Virus genome (UHGV): UHGV-0064883
DNA length: 64,000 bases
Source of the DNA: a virus
Strand: one strand, 5' to 3'
Part shown: positions 10,262 through 18,525 of the stretch, one piece after another
Numbering within the stretch: the stretch's first letter is position 1
Layout: each line of letters begins with the position of its first letter
Program-made: the position numbers and the translations under genes
Notes under the pieces: generated by a model
What the model saw: the letters and a program-made list of their open reading frames with translations, nothing else
Told to the model about the DNA's origin: nothing
Databases searched by the model: none

Positions 10262-10630
10262 CTATGCCCATATAACATTCCCCAGCCGGGAAATATCCAC
10301 CGCCTTTTTCCCGGCGCGCATAGCCGCCCTCAGTTCCCCGTAGTTCCTGCGGATTTCGTGCGTTACTGGGTAATCCCGGAACACGTTGATATAATTCAGC
10401 CACCGTTCCTTTTGCGTGTACACCGCCGAATCTTTTATTATGTAGATTGTTGCGCTTTCATCAATTTTCCTGTCCGGGAGGCACGTGCAGCAATACCACT
10501 GATACCACTCATGAATGAGGTACACTGTATTAAAGCCGCGCAGGGTCATGACAGCCGTATCAGCGATATATTTGGGGGCCAGATTAAAAAGCTGCTCTTT
10601 GGTCAGTTCAATTTTCTTTGGTGCTTTCAT
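10262..10630 (-). CDS. Hypothetical protein (the only clear minus-strand gene in the first 60 kb)
   Basis: 122-aa ORF with its own TTGCAA-17-TATGAT promoter upstream on the minus strand. Confidence 0.45.
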   Translation of the reverse strand: MKAPKKIELTKEQLFNLAPKYIADTAVMTLRGFNTVYLIHEWYQWYCCTCLPDRKIDESATIYIIKDSAVYTQKERWLNYINVFRDYPVTHEIRRNYGELRAAMRAGKKAVDISRLGNVIWA

Positions 10631-10639
10631 TGTATCTTG

Positions 10640-10676
10640 ATGCCTTCATCATAGCTATCTTTTTAAAAATTGCAAG
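10640..10676 (-). promoter_or_regulatory. Sigma70-like promoter (TTGCAA-17nt-TATGAT) for the minus-strand gene
   Basis: Reverse complement reads tcTTGCAAtttttaaaaagatagcTATGATgaagg, ending 12 nt before the ATG. Confidence 0.35.
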
Positions 10677-10702
10677 ATAAAAATACACATTCCGCGAGAA
10701 AA

Positions 10703-10721
10703 ATTTGCAATCATTGCAAAT
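10703..10721. repeat. 19-bp palindrome ATTTGCAATCATTGCAAAT (copy 2)
   Basis: Followed by TTCAGAAAT, then the GT25 gene start. Confidence 0.9.
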
Positions 10722-10773
10722 TTCAGAAATCAATGTTGCCCATGAAAATTCAGGCGGCTATAGTGTCAAAGAC

Positions 10774-11826
10774 ATGATAACCTTAAACCATCTCGGAATA
10801 TCCCACGCGGTCATCATTGCCCTGCCGGAACGTGCCGAACATGTTTCCCGGCTGAAAAACTCCATGATTGACGGAGGCATCGACCCGGAAAGCGGCGTTA
10901 CCATACTCCCCGCCTGGAACGGTCGTGAGCTGCACCCCCCGAAAAGCTGGAAGGGGACCCGTGGCGCATGGGGCTGCGTACAGTCCCACATCCGGGCCTT
11001 GCGGCTCGCAGTCAAAAACAATTGGGAATCAGTGCTCATTTTGGAGGACGACGCCATATTTTGCCGCAATGCCGCCGTCAGACTGCAAACGTTGTTTGCC
11101 GCTCTGCCGAAAGACTGGCGGTTGCTCTACCTCGGAGGCTACCACCAGAACTGGCCGAAAGAAGTCCACGCGGATTACATTCTGGCTTCCGGCATGACGG
11201 CCACCCATGCCTACATCGTCAAACGGGAATCCGTGCCCTGGCTTATCAAGCACATCGCCTATTATCCCGACTATGAACAACAGCAATGGGGTGTTGACCA
11301 GCAAATCCGGAACGCCGTCTATCGGGGCGACATCCTCCAATACGCCCCGCGCTGGAATATTGTGGGGCAACAGCGTCAGGAGTACAGCACCATTGCCCAT
11401 TCTAGAGCCGGAAACCGGGAACGCTGGTGGGAACATTCGCAAAACGACCAGTTCCGCCTGCTTCCGCTTGTACTTCTCCAAGAGCCGTTAACCGTGGAAG
11501 ACGTTGACGGGCTTGAGGAACTGGTGGACATCGCCCCGGAAAAAAGCGTTGAATCCCTCCTGGAAAAAACGGAAGACATGGCCGGCGCCATCATTGAAGC
11601 ACTTTCCTACAGCGCACGGGGGGCGTTCAGCCACCGGCGCGTTCCCGCCCTGTATTACAGCGACCGGAAAGCTGCGGACAGATGCGCCCGCCTGTGGTCT
11701 GCGGAATGCCTGTTTGCCGAAGCCGGTGATTCCGACCAAACCAGGGAACTACTCGTTACCACCCTGCGCCGCATTGTCGATTATGCGGAAAACCCGGATA
11801 TGAACCCGGACATGGGCGAAAACTAA
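10774..11826 (+). CDS. Glycosyltransferase family 25 (Lic2A/LpsA-like) protein 1
   Basis: N-terminal (h)INL-x-x-R motif (VIIALPERAEHVSRL). GAWGCVQSHIRAL and LILEDDAIF motifs typical of GT25. The C-terminal WWEHS...LLPLVLL region is shared with the second copy. Start is the first ATG after the palindrome. Confidence 0.7.
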   Translation: MITLNHLGISHAVIIALPERAEHVSRLKNSMIDGGIDPESGVTILPAWNGRELHPPKSWKGTRGAWGCVQSHIRALRLAVKNNWESVLILEDDAIFCRNAAVRLQTLFAALPKDWRLLYLGGYHQNWPKEVHADYILASGMTATHAYIVKRESVPWLIKHIAYYPDYEQQQWGVDQQIRNAVYRGDILQYAPRWNIVGQQRQEYSTIAHSRAGNRERWWEHSQNDQFRLLPLVLLQEPLTVEDVDGLEELVDIAPEKSVESLLEKTEDMAGAIIEALSYSARGAFSHRRVPALYYSDRKAADRCARLWSAECLFAEAGDSDQTRELLVTTLRRIVDYAENPDMNPDMGEN

Positions 11827-11848
11827 TTCTTTTTCCACGCACATTACT

Positions 11849-12889
11849 ATGGATTATTTATTTCCGCATTATTTTGACCGTATTGTCGTCATCAATCTCG
11901 CCAAAAACCCCGAACGGTTCACCCGCATTGCCGACGAGCTGAAACATAAGTGCCTGGCCGGGCCGGATGATATTGTCAGGCATGAAGCCGTGCATGGGGA
12001 TTCCATGCCGCACCCGGCATGGTACAGGGCCGGAAACGGAGCATGGGGGTGCTTATCCAGCCACATTGAGGTGCTGGAAGATGCCTGGAATACCGGAAGC
12101 GAGCATACTCTGATTATTGAGGATGACACCGTATTCGCCGACGACCTTTTGACGCGGTTCCCGGAAATCATGAAAGAAGTTCCGAAGGAATACGGGCAGC
12201 TGTATCTTGGAGGCCAGCACCAGCAGGCCCCGGAAGCCCTGTCTGACACGTTGTGGCGCGGCACGTCCATCAACCGGACGCACTGCTACGCCGTCACCCG
12301 GAAATTCATTCCGGAAATCCTCGCCCACATCATGGACTGGGACACCCACATCAAGGCTGCGGGAAACCCGCTCCATATCGACCACACGCTGGAAATCGGA
12401 CACCAGCGCCGGTACTGGCCCGTGTTCTGCCCCCGGTTCTGGTTCGCCGGGCAGGGAGAAAACCAATCCGACATCAACGGCAGGCCGCAGCGGGAAATGT
12501 GGTGGGAATATTCCGTGAAACAACAACACCTGGAACTTCCCCTGCTTGTGTTGCGGACCGTTGACATGCCAAAACATATTAAAGACCTTGTGTTTGCCGG
12601 TTGGCCGACAGATTTGGACGCCCGTGGCGTGAACAAAAAAATTGAGGATGCCAAAAAAGACAAGGCCACCCTGCTTCGGGAAATAAGCTGGCTGGCTTAT
12701 GTGGGATTCCAACACCACAGCCTTCCGGCGGTGTATCTTCCGGAGCCGGAACCTACCAGCGAGCTGCAACGCCTGTGGTCCGGGGAAGTCGTTGACACGG
12801 CCCGCATGGATGACGCGGACATTCACCGGATGCACCGCATTCTGGAATTCGCCAGCAACCCGGAGATGCTAAAGTATAGGTTCCGATAG
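11849..12889 (+). CDS. Glycosyltransferase family 25 protein 2 (paralog)
   Basis: FDRIVVINLAKNPERF, GAWGCLSSHIEVLE and LIIEDDTVF motifs. C-terminal WWEYS...LPLLVL and ASNPEM motifs are shared with copy 1. Confidence 0.8.
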   Translation: MDYLFPHYFDRIVVINLAKNPERFTRIADELKHKCLAGPDDIVRHEAVHGDSMPHPAWYRAGNGAWGCLSSHIEVLEDAWNTGSEHTLIIEDDTVFADDLLTRFPEIMKEVPKEYGQLYLGGQHQQAPEALSDTLWRGTSINRTHCYAVTRKFIPEILAHIMDWDTHIKAAGNPLHIDHTLEIGHQRRYWPVFCPRFWFAGQGENQSDINGRPQREMWWEYSVKQQHLELPLLVLRTVDMPKHIKDLVFAGWPTDLDARGVNKKIEDAKKDKATLLREISWLAYVGFQHHSLPAVYLPEPEPTSELQRLWSGEVVDTARMDDADIHRMHRILEFASNPEMLKYRFR

Positions 12890-12917
12890 GTTGACGGCTT
12901 TTCCGGGCGCAAGTATC

Positions 12918-13535
12918 ATGGCAGGCATGAAACGGTTACGTTTGATGCCTGTCTTTTTTGTGATTGCCGGGTGCGCCCAGCAAAACCCGCAGCCGTCCAT
13001 TACTACGCCCGTACCGGAGCCGGTTGTGGAAAAAACAGTCGTCCGGCCTGTAGCGTCGTCAACGGTCGAATGCGCGGCTACTGTCCAGGAAGCGGCCAAC
13101 GCCGTGCAGAACAGTATTGCGGCTATTGTCTCCACTCTGCAGCAGGCGGAGGCCGCCACACAGGAACCGCAAACCCCCGGATGGGCTGACATGTTGTCCG
13201 AGCTGGCAAAGCAGGCCGGAAACGCGGATAAGCAAACCGCCGTGCTGATAGACCGTTCCGACCGCCTGACCAAACAGGTGACCGCTTTATCCGGAACGTG
13301 CGAACAACTGGCGGAAGAACGGGACGCGGCAATCAAAACCGCGCAGGAATCCAGAGACGCAGCCTCGGCAATCAAGGCGGAAGCCGCAGAGGTAAAAGCT
13401 GATGCACAGGCCCGCCTGTCCTCCATGTCGGACGAGCGTTCCTGGTGGCGGAAATGCGCCCTTTACACCTGGGCAGGCATTGCGGTTTTTTGTTTGGCGT
13501 GGCTCGGAATCCGGCTGGCAAGGGCCGCCAGATAG
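12918..13535 (+). CDS. Lipoprotein with coiled-coil and C-terminal TMD (unimolecular spanin-like)
   Basis: N-terminal signal with a lipobox (VIAGC), an Ala/Gln/Glu-rich coiled-coil region, and a C-terminal hydrophobic helix (ALYTWAGIAVFCLAWLGI) followed by a basic tail. Lies upstream of the holin/endolysin pair. Confidence 0.45.
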   Translation: MAGMKRLRLMPVFFVIAGCAQQNPQPSITTPVPEPVVEKTVVRPVASSTVECAATVQEAANAVQNSIAAIVSTLQQAEAATQEPQTPGWADMLSELAKQAGNADKQTAVLIDRSDRLTKQVTALSGTCEQLAEERDAAIKTAQESRDAASAIKAEAAEVKADAQARLSSMSDERSWWRKCALYTWAGIAVFCLAWLGIRLARAAR

Positions 13536-13551
13536 CGGGAAAATATTCTCA

Positions 13552-13570
13552 ATTTGCAATCATTGCAAAC
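13552..13570. repeat. 19-bp palindrome ATTTGCAATCATTGCAAAC (copy 3)
   Basis: Immediately after the spanin-like gene, at the start of the AT-rich noncoding region. Confidence 0.85.
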
Positions 13571-14211
13571 CGGAAAAACCGGTGATTCAAGGCCGTAATT
13601 CTACGGTCTTTTTTATTTGTCAATATTGTTTTTTACGTTTTTATAACTTATTGAGCATCATTTGGTTGCAAATAGTATGCACCAAGAAATTTCTAGTTTA
13701 GTTATTTGTCATTGAGTATTAGATACTTACAAATAATTTGCACTTTTATAAGTTCAGGGCATTTGCAGGCGTTTGAGTATCAATAAGTTATAAATGCACT
13801 AAATCCGGAAAAACGCGCTGAATCCGCAATGGGTGCAAATATAACCAGCTGATTATCATATCATTGTGCATAACTTGCACTTGCGCGGAAGTGCATTTAT
13901 TTTACAAACTACTGAAAATGAACAGGTTATAAAGACAACCAGAAGGGAAAAACGTCAATTTTTGTTTTTATAAGTCATTGAACTATATGAAATTATAAAA
14001 AATTTGCACTTTGGGAGTGCATTAATATATATATATATATAATGTTCGTTCCTCACATTAATATATATCTATATTCTCCGTCCTTACCCTAAAGGGTAAG
14101 TACGGGGCCTGGGCTGTTCCGCCCAGGCACTCTGGGACAGGGTTGGAAGAGTAGCCCAGAGTGTGAAATTTCCACTACTGTTCCGGCCAGTTTCATGATA
14201 CGGTTCCGGGG
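13571..14211. other. AT-rich 640-bp noncoding region with TTATAA and TGCAC(T) motifs, (AT)n and hairpins; candidate origin or regulatory hub
   Basis: No ORF of 60 aa or more. GC content is far below the 55% genome average. Repeated TTATAA, AATTTGCACTTT and GTGCATTT motifs. Inverted repeats GCACTTgcgcggAAGTGC and TGCACTttgggAGTGCA. (AT)9 at about 14031-14048. Confidence 0.5.
14083..14170 (+). ncRNA. GC-rich cluster of three consecutive stem-loops (candidate structured RNA)
   Basis: CCGTCCTTACCC-taaa-GGGTAAGTACGG, then CCTGGGC-tgttcc-GCCCAGG, then CACTCTGGG-(18 nt)-CCCAGAGTG. Sits 40 nt upstream of the holin ATG and is not tRNA-like. Confidence 0.25.
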
Positions 14212-14562
14212 ATGAAAAACCTTCCGCAAATCGTCAAGGACAGTTGGCGCGATATTATCGCTTTTTTGCTCATTGGCATTTTTCTCTCCATTGGCGTGGA
14301 ATACCTGATTCGCCTCTCGGTCATCATGGACGTTACCGGGGCAGCTTCCTTCATCGCCTTGCTGCAGGGCTTCACCAAGTTTGCCGGGGCCAATCTCTGC
14401 GCATGGCTGCTGGGAGCCAATGTGGCCTTCCCGTACATTTCCCGTTGGGCCAGATTCGACTTCAATGCGACCTGGCGCACGATGGAGGGGTTCCGGAAAG
14501 TCCAATGCTTCCTCGCGGTTGCCATCGGGGAATTGCTCATGGCCGCCATCTGCTTTGCCTGA
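14212..14562 (+). CDS. Holin (about 3 TM helices)
   Basis: 116 aa with three hydrophobic helices. Ends 8 nt before the endolysin start. Confidence 0.55.
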   Translation: MKNLPQIVKDSWRDIIAFLLIGIFLSIGVEYLIRLSVIMDVTGAASFIALLQGFTKFAGANLCAWLLGANVAFPYISRWARFDFNATWRTMEGFRKVQCFLAVAIGELLMAAICFA

Positions 14563-14570
14563 TACGCCCC

Positions 14571-15263
14571 ATGAACGGTCGGAGTTTAATCGGTTTGGCC
14601 CTTGCGGCCCTGTCCGCGTTTTTCGCCTGCGGGGATATGCCGGCTTCCGGTCTGGTCCTAAGTGACCGGGCCGTAGATATGATTATCCGGTACGAGACCG
14701 GAGGGAAGGCGTACTACGTGAAAAAGCTCGTGCGGCCCACATGGCCCGGAGGGGACAGCGGGGTAACAATCGGCATCGGCTACGACCTGGGCTACTATTC
14801 GGTGGCGCAGATTCGTGCCGACTGGGCATCGCTTCCGGAAAAAGACCTCCGGTTGCTTTGCACCGTGGCCGGGTTGAAGCGTCAGACGGCCCGCGCATCT
14901 GTGAGCCGGGTGCGGTCTGTCACCGTTCCGTGGGAGCTGGCGTTGGACGTGTACCGGAAAAAGACGATTCCCGCCTATGCGTCCACGACTAAAACCGCGT
15001 TTCAGGGGCTGGCCTTAACTCATCCCCATGTGCAGGGTGCTATGGTGTCTTTGGTGTATAACCGGGGTGCTTCCATGTCGGGGGCCAGCCGGAAGGAGAT
15101 GCGGGACTGCCGGGATGACATCAAGTCCGGGCAGGTGCGGCGGGTTCCTGCCCATATCCGGAGCATGAAACGGCTGTGGATTGGGAAGGGCCTGAACGGG
15201 CTGTTAATCCGGCGAGAAGAGGAAGCCTGTCTGGTTGAACTGGGGCTGAAAGAAAAAAATTGA
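14571..15263 (+). CDS. Endolysin: GH24 (T4/lambda-type) lysozyme with N-terminal signal peptide or SAR domain
   Basis: ETGG...GGDSGVTIGIGYDLG matches the T4-lysozyme E-x8-D-x-G-x2-TIGIG core, and SLVYNRGASMSG follows. Hydrophobic N-terminus MNGRSLIGLALAALSAFFAC. Start is at an internal ATG; the Arg-rich upstream portion of the ORF (14244 onwards) is out-of-frame overlap with the holin. Confidence 0.75.
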   Translation: MNGRSLIGLALAALSAFFACGDMPASGLVLSDRAVDMIIRYETGGKAYYVKKLVRPTWPGGDSGVTIGIGYDLGYYSVAQIRADWASLPEKDLRLLCTVAGLKRQTARASVSRVRSVTVPWELALDVYRKKTIPAYASTTKTAFQGLALTHPHVQGAMVSLVYNRGASMSGASRKEMRDCRDDIKSGQVRRVPAHIRSMKRLWIGKGLNGLLIRREEEACLVELGLKEKN

Positions 15264-15274
15264 TAAAATGTCTT

Positions 15275-15305
15275 GCAATTTTTTTGTGTTGTGGGTATAG
15301 TTCTC
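15275..15305 (+). promoter_or_regulatory. Sigma70-like promoter TTGCAA-17nt-TATAGT
   Basis: tcTTGCAAtttttttgtgttgtgggTATAGTtctctcATG. Confidence 0.4.
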
Positions 15306-15307
15306 TC

Positions 15308-15517
15308 ATGCCTTACGATAAACATACGTTAGAACTTACTCTGGAAGAGCTTACGACGTTTGCCTCGAAGAATCCGAACTCTGATGCCGGATTCGTTGAA
15401 GCGTTGAATGTGGTTCGTGATTTTCAGCGTCAGGGAAAACCTGTGGTTATTCTCTGGCCCAGCCGGAAGCCGGTAGAGGTCCATGAGAGGGTCGAAAGGC
15501 GCCAAGAAGCGGAATAA
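15308..15517 (+). CDS. Hypothetical small protein
   Basis: 69 aa (MPYDKHTLELT...), directly after the promoter. Confidence 0.3.
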   Translation: MPYDKHTLELTLEELTTFASKNPNSDAGFVEALNVVRDFQRQGKPVVILWPSRKPVEVHERVERRQEAE

Positions 15518-15523
15518 TCGAAA

Positions 15524-15542
15524 ATTTGCAATCATTGCAAAT
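15524..15542. repeat. 19-bp palindrome ATTTGCAATCATTGCAAAT (copy 4)
   Basis: 33 nt upstream of the AAA ATPase ATG. Confidence 0.9.
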
Positions 15543-15575
15543 TTTCATAATCCATAGCTATCGAGGGATAACATC

Positions 15576-17249
15576 ATGACATCACAAGAAAAATACATTC
15601 AAAAATTGGACGACATGTTCGCCAGCGCGGTGAGTGTCGTATTTACGCCAAGCCGTGAACCGCGCAGAACTGTAGAGGCTGTCAAGGCAATGGGGGCGCG
15701 GGACAATGTGCCGGTGTTCGTCTGGAACGATGTGTACGGCTGGAAAGTCTTTACCGGACAGGACCGCACCGTAGGAGTCCCGGTTGACGCGGATTCCCCG
15801 GTAGGCAATTTTTATCAGGCGTTGCGCCGCATCCTGGGATTTAAAATCGGGGAAAACACCAGTAACGCGTCTTCCCGATTTGATTATGAAAAAGGCGCGG
15901 CGTATATCGTCATGGAGGGCACTAGCCCGCATCTTGGTTTGCTTCCAATGACGACAACTCTTCTCAAGGATTACGCCTATTCCTTCCCGGAAACGCTCAT
16001 GAGCCTTGTGTTGATTACGTCGGAATCCTACACCATTCCGGAAGAGCTGGCCCACGACATTCTGGTTGTGGATTTTGACCTGCCGACAAAAACCGACTTG
16101 CGCCACGCATGGGAAAGCACTGTAGCCAATCAGTACGAGTCCAAGAACCTTCCGATTCCCGAAACCTATATTCCGGGGGACAGCGTGGATGCGCTGGTCA
16201 ACGCGGCATCCGGCATGACGATTCTGGAAGCGGAAACTGCGTATTCGAGGGCTTTCACCCTTAATGACCGCCTGTTCCCGGACATTCCCGTTGAAAATCT
16301 TCTCGCGCAGGTTCACCGCTCGAAGGAAGACATTGTGAAAAAGTCGCAGACGCTGGAAATGGTTAACCCCATTCCGGTTGATTCCATCGGCGGCCTGGAA
16401 CTGCTGAAAGACTGGTTTATCACGCGGTCGGTATGTTTCAGCGAAGAGGCCCGCAAGGCGAAAGTTGATGCGCCTAAAGGCGTAGCCCTTATCGGGCCGC
16501 CAGGAACGGGTAAGTCGGTATGCTCCAAGGCGGTGGCATCCATTCTCAATCTTCCCCTCGTGCGGGTGGATTTGGGGCGGCTGTTCGGGTCTCTCGTCGG
16601 CCAGACGGAAGCCCGCACCCGGACCATGTTGAAGGAATTGGAAGCTATGGCCCCCTGCATTGTCTGGGTGGACGAAGTTGACAAGGCGGGCTTGTCTTCC
16701 GGGGCTAATGGAGATTCCGGCGTATCTTCCCGCCTGCTGGGTTCTCTGCTGACCCACATGTCGGAAAATGAGTCTGGCTTGTTCTGGATTTTCACCGCCA
16801 ACCGGACGGAAAACCTTCCGTCGGAATTCTTGCGGAAGGGGCGGCTGGATGAAGTATTTTCCGTTCTGCCTCCGACTTGGGCCGAACGCCGCCAGATTTT
16901 CGACATCCACTTGAGCAAGCGCGGAATCAATATTGATGATATTGTTGACTTTGACCAGGTGCTGACGGAAAGCCGGGGATTCGTGTCTGCGGAAATTGAA
17001 GCCGCGTGCAAGGAGGCGAAAGTACTTTCTTTTTATCGCAATGTTCCGGTTACGAGCAGCCTTTTGCGGTCCACCCTTAAAGGCATCATTCCAATTTCGG
17101 AAGCGTACAAAGACCAGTTTGACGCTATGACCGAGTGGGCGCAGAATAACGCGAGGCCGTCTTCCGAGCAAGAGGTTGACGTTGATGCTTCCAGCCCGCT
17201 TCCGTCCAGCATTCCGGAATCGTTGCGTGCCCGCCGCCGCAGGCATTGA
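15576..17249 (+). CDS. AAA+ ATPase (single AAA domain, CDC48/FtsH-like)
   Basis: Walker A GPPGTGKS, Walker B VWVDEVDK and an arginine-finger region, with a GAGGG ribosome-binding site. The 554-aa antisense ORF 15582-17246 is a shadow ORF. Confidence 0.8.
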   Translation: MTSQEKYIQKLDDMFASAVSVVFTPSREPRRTVEAVKAMGARDNVPVFVWNDVYGWKVFTGQDRTVGVPVDADSPVGNFYQALRRILGFKIGENTSNASSRFDYEKGAAYIVMEGTSPHLGLLPMTTTLLKDYAYSFPETLMSLVLITSESYTIPEELAHDILVVDFDLPTKTDLRHAWESTVANQYESKNLPIPETYIPGDSVDALVNAASGMTILEAETAYSRAFTLNDRLFPDIPVENLLAQVHRSKEDIVKKSQTLEMVNPIPVDSIGGLELLKDWFITRSVCFSEEARKAKVDAPKGVALIGPPGTGKSVCSKAVASILNLPLVRVDLGRLFGSLVGQTEARTRTMLKELEAMAPCIVWVDEVDKAGLSSGANGDSGVSSRLLGSLLTHMSENESGLFWIFTANRTENLPSEFLRKGRLDEVFSVLPPTWAERRQIFDIHLSKRGINIDDIVDFDQVLTESRGFVSAEIEAACKEAKVLSFYRNVPVTSSLLRSTLKGIIPISEAYKDQFDAMTEWAQNNARPSSEQEVDVDASSPLPSSIPESLRARRRRH

Positions 17250-17291
17250 TTAGCGTGGTGATTTTTTATCTCGCATTTTTTCAATATTTGT

Positions 17292-17326
17292 CTTGCAATT
17301 CTTAAATTAAAAGGGTATATTATTGA
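17292..17326 (+). promoter_or_regulatory. Sigma70-like promoter TTGCAA-17nt-TATATT
   Basis: gtcTTGCAAttcttaaattaaaagggTATATTattgacATG. Confidence 0.4.
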
Positions 17327-17327
17327 C

Positions 17328-17969
17328 ATGAGCAATGATTTAAGCACTCTTGATACCGTCACCGGGGAAATGCAGACGCTGGTGAATGGGTATGTTAAAG
17401 TGATTTTATTCAAGGTTCAGCTTCCGGGGCCGGGAACTCTGTATAAGGAAGATGGCATTTTCCGCAACAACGTTCCGGGCGTGAACCGCATCGGGTTCCC
17501 TGGGTCTATCGCCTCCCTGCAAAATGGGAGGCCGGAAGTGTGCGGAACGGTTTTTTCCGGGAAGTACAGCCTGACCCCAGGTTCCTTCCTTAAAATTTTT
17601 GTCAAGGCGCATCGGCGCAGGTCATTCCCGGAATCGGCCAGCCTGTTCATCAGGATGCGCCCTTCGGCCGCCTTGCGGCGTATCACTGTTTCCTGCCCGG
17701 AAGACCCTAAAGCCACCATTTCCGAGTTCAGCATTACCGGACGCTTCGACCTGGTAAAACCCATTGAGGCCATTGCCGCCGGGTGTAGAATCCCTGAGCA
17801 GTTCAAGCTTGGGTACGCTCCCACAGTGGTAAACCGTTTGATGCGGTTTAGCGTCCTGTCTCCGGAAACAGCCACCCGGACCGTAGTCCGCACGGCTTCC
17901 GGGGAAGAAAAAGAAGTCATTGTCGCCAAGAGGCGGCGGCGTTTGGGCGGGGTACGTTCCCACTCCTGA
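17328..17969 (+). CDS. Hypothetical protein
   Basis: 213-aa ORF directly after the promoter, with a basic C-terminus. Confidence 0.45.
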   Translation: MSNDLSTLDTVTGEMQTLVNGYVKVILFKVQLPGPGTLYKEDGIFRNNVPGVNRIGFPGSIASLQNGRPEVCGTVFSGKYSLTPGSFLKIFVKAHRRRSFPESASLFIRMRPSAALRRITVSCPEDPKATISEFSITGRFDLVKPIEAIAAGCRIPEQFKLGYAPTVVNRLMRFSVLSPETATRTVVRTASGEEKEVIVAKRRRRLGGVRSHS

Positions 17970-18004
17970 AAAATCTCTCATTATTAACAACAAAAAAATA
18001 AACC

Positions 18005-18490
18005 ATGAGCCATACAACTAAAGTCAAATCCGTAGTCATCCGGGATGTCCGGGCTATCCGTGCCGCTGTGCAGGAACTCCAACGTGCGGGGCGAAAAATC
18101 GCCTTGAAGGAAAATGCCGTTCCCCGTATGTATTACAAAGACCAGTTCCAAAATAGCACTAAGCGTCAGACGGCGGAATACGTCATTGAGTGTCAGGGGA
18201 TGTCCAACATTACCGGAAAACCGTGTGATGTGGGCCTTGTCAAGCAGGATGATGGAACGTTTGTGCCGTATCTTGATACGTGGGGAAACTACGTCAAAGA
18301 GCATTGCGGAAACCCGAAACTTACTGCCAAAGATGGCCTTACGGAGTCGGATATTGCCATTGCGGCTTTCTCCCAGGCGTATTCCAAGCACGCGGCCATT
18401 TTCGCGGCAACTGACCAGGGCTACACCGTGCAGGACTGCTACCTTGATTCCGCGGGCAATGTGCAGTTGACCGTAGCCACCGGATTCTAA
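18005..18490 (+). CDS. DUF1257 (Ycf35-like) family protein
   Basis: N-terminal MSHTTKVKSVVIRD and the central DVGLVKQDDGTFVPYLDTWG match, from memory, the DUF1257 consensus (MSHFTTIKT...DIGF...DGTY-LVADWWG). Confidence 0.5.
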   Translation: MSHTTKVKSVVIRDVRAIRAAVQELQRAGRKIALKENAVPRMYYKDQFQNSTKRQTAEYVIECQGMSNITGKPCDVGLVKQDDGTFVPYLDTWGNYVKEHCGNPKLTAKDGLTESDIAIAAFSQAYSKHAAIFAATDQGYTVQDCYLDSAGNVQLTVATGF

Positions 18491-18497
18491 GCCTGAA

Positions 18498-18516
18498 ATT
18501 TGCAACGATTACAAAA
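18498..18516. repeat. Degenerate palindrome copy ATTTGCAACGATTACAAAA (copy 5)
   Basis: The second half-site has two mismatches. Still intergenic and upstream of a + strand gene. Confidence 0.5.
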
Positions 18517-18525
18517 ATCAACAAC

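Noticed and set aside
13571-14211. Search for tRNA genes in the AT-rich gap and the hairpin cluster
   Set aside because: No segment gives a 7-bp acceptor stem with D, anticodon and T-arm (GTTC-R-A) geometry. The hairpins at 14083-14170 lie back to back without an enclosing acceptor stem.
15582-17246. 554-aa ORF on the minus strand covering the whole AAA ATPase gene
   Set aside because: It is the mirror of a high-GC coding region, Arg/Gly/Pro-rich with no motifs, and has no promoter or start context. The + strand AAA ATPase has clear Walker motifs. It is a shadow ORF. The same reasoning applies to 4060-5037 (-) inside the tape measure gene, 12053-12835 (-) inside GT25, 23256-24419 (-) inside polA and 24770-26218 (-) opposite the KAP-rich gene.
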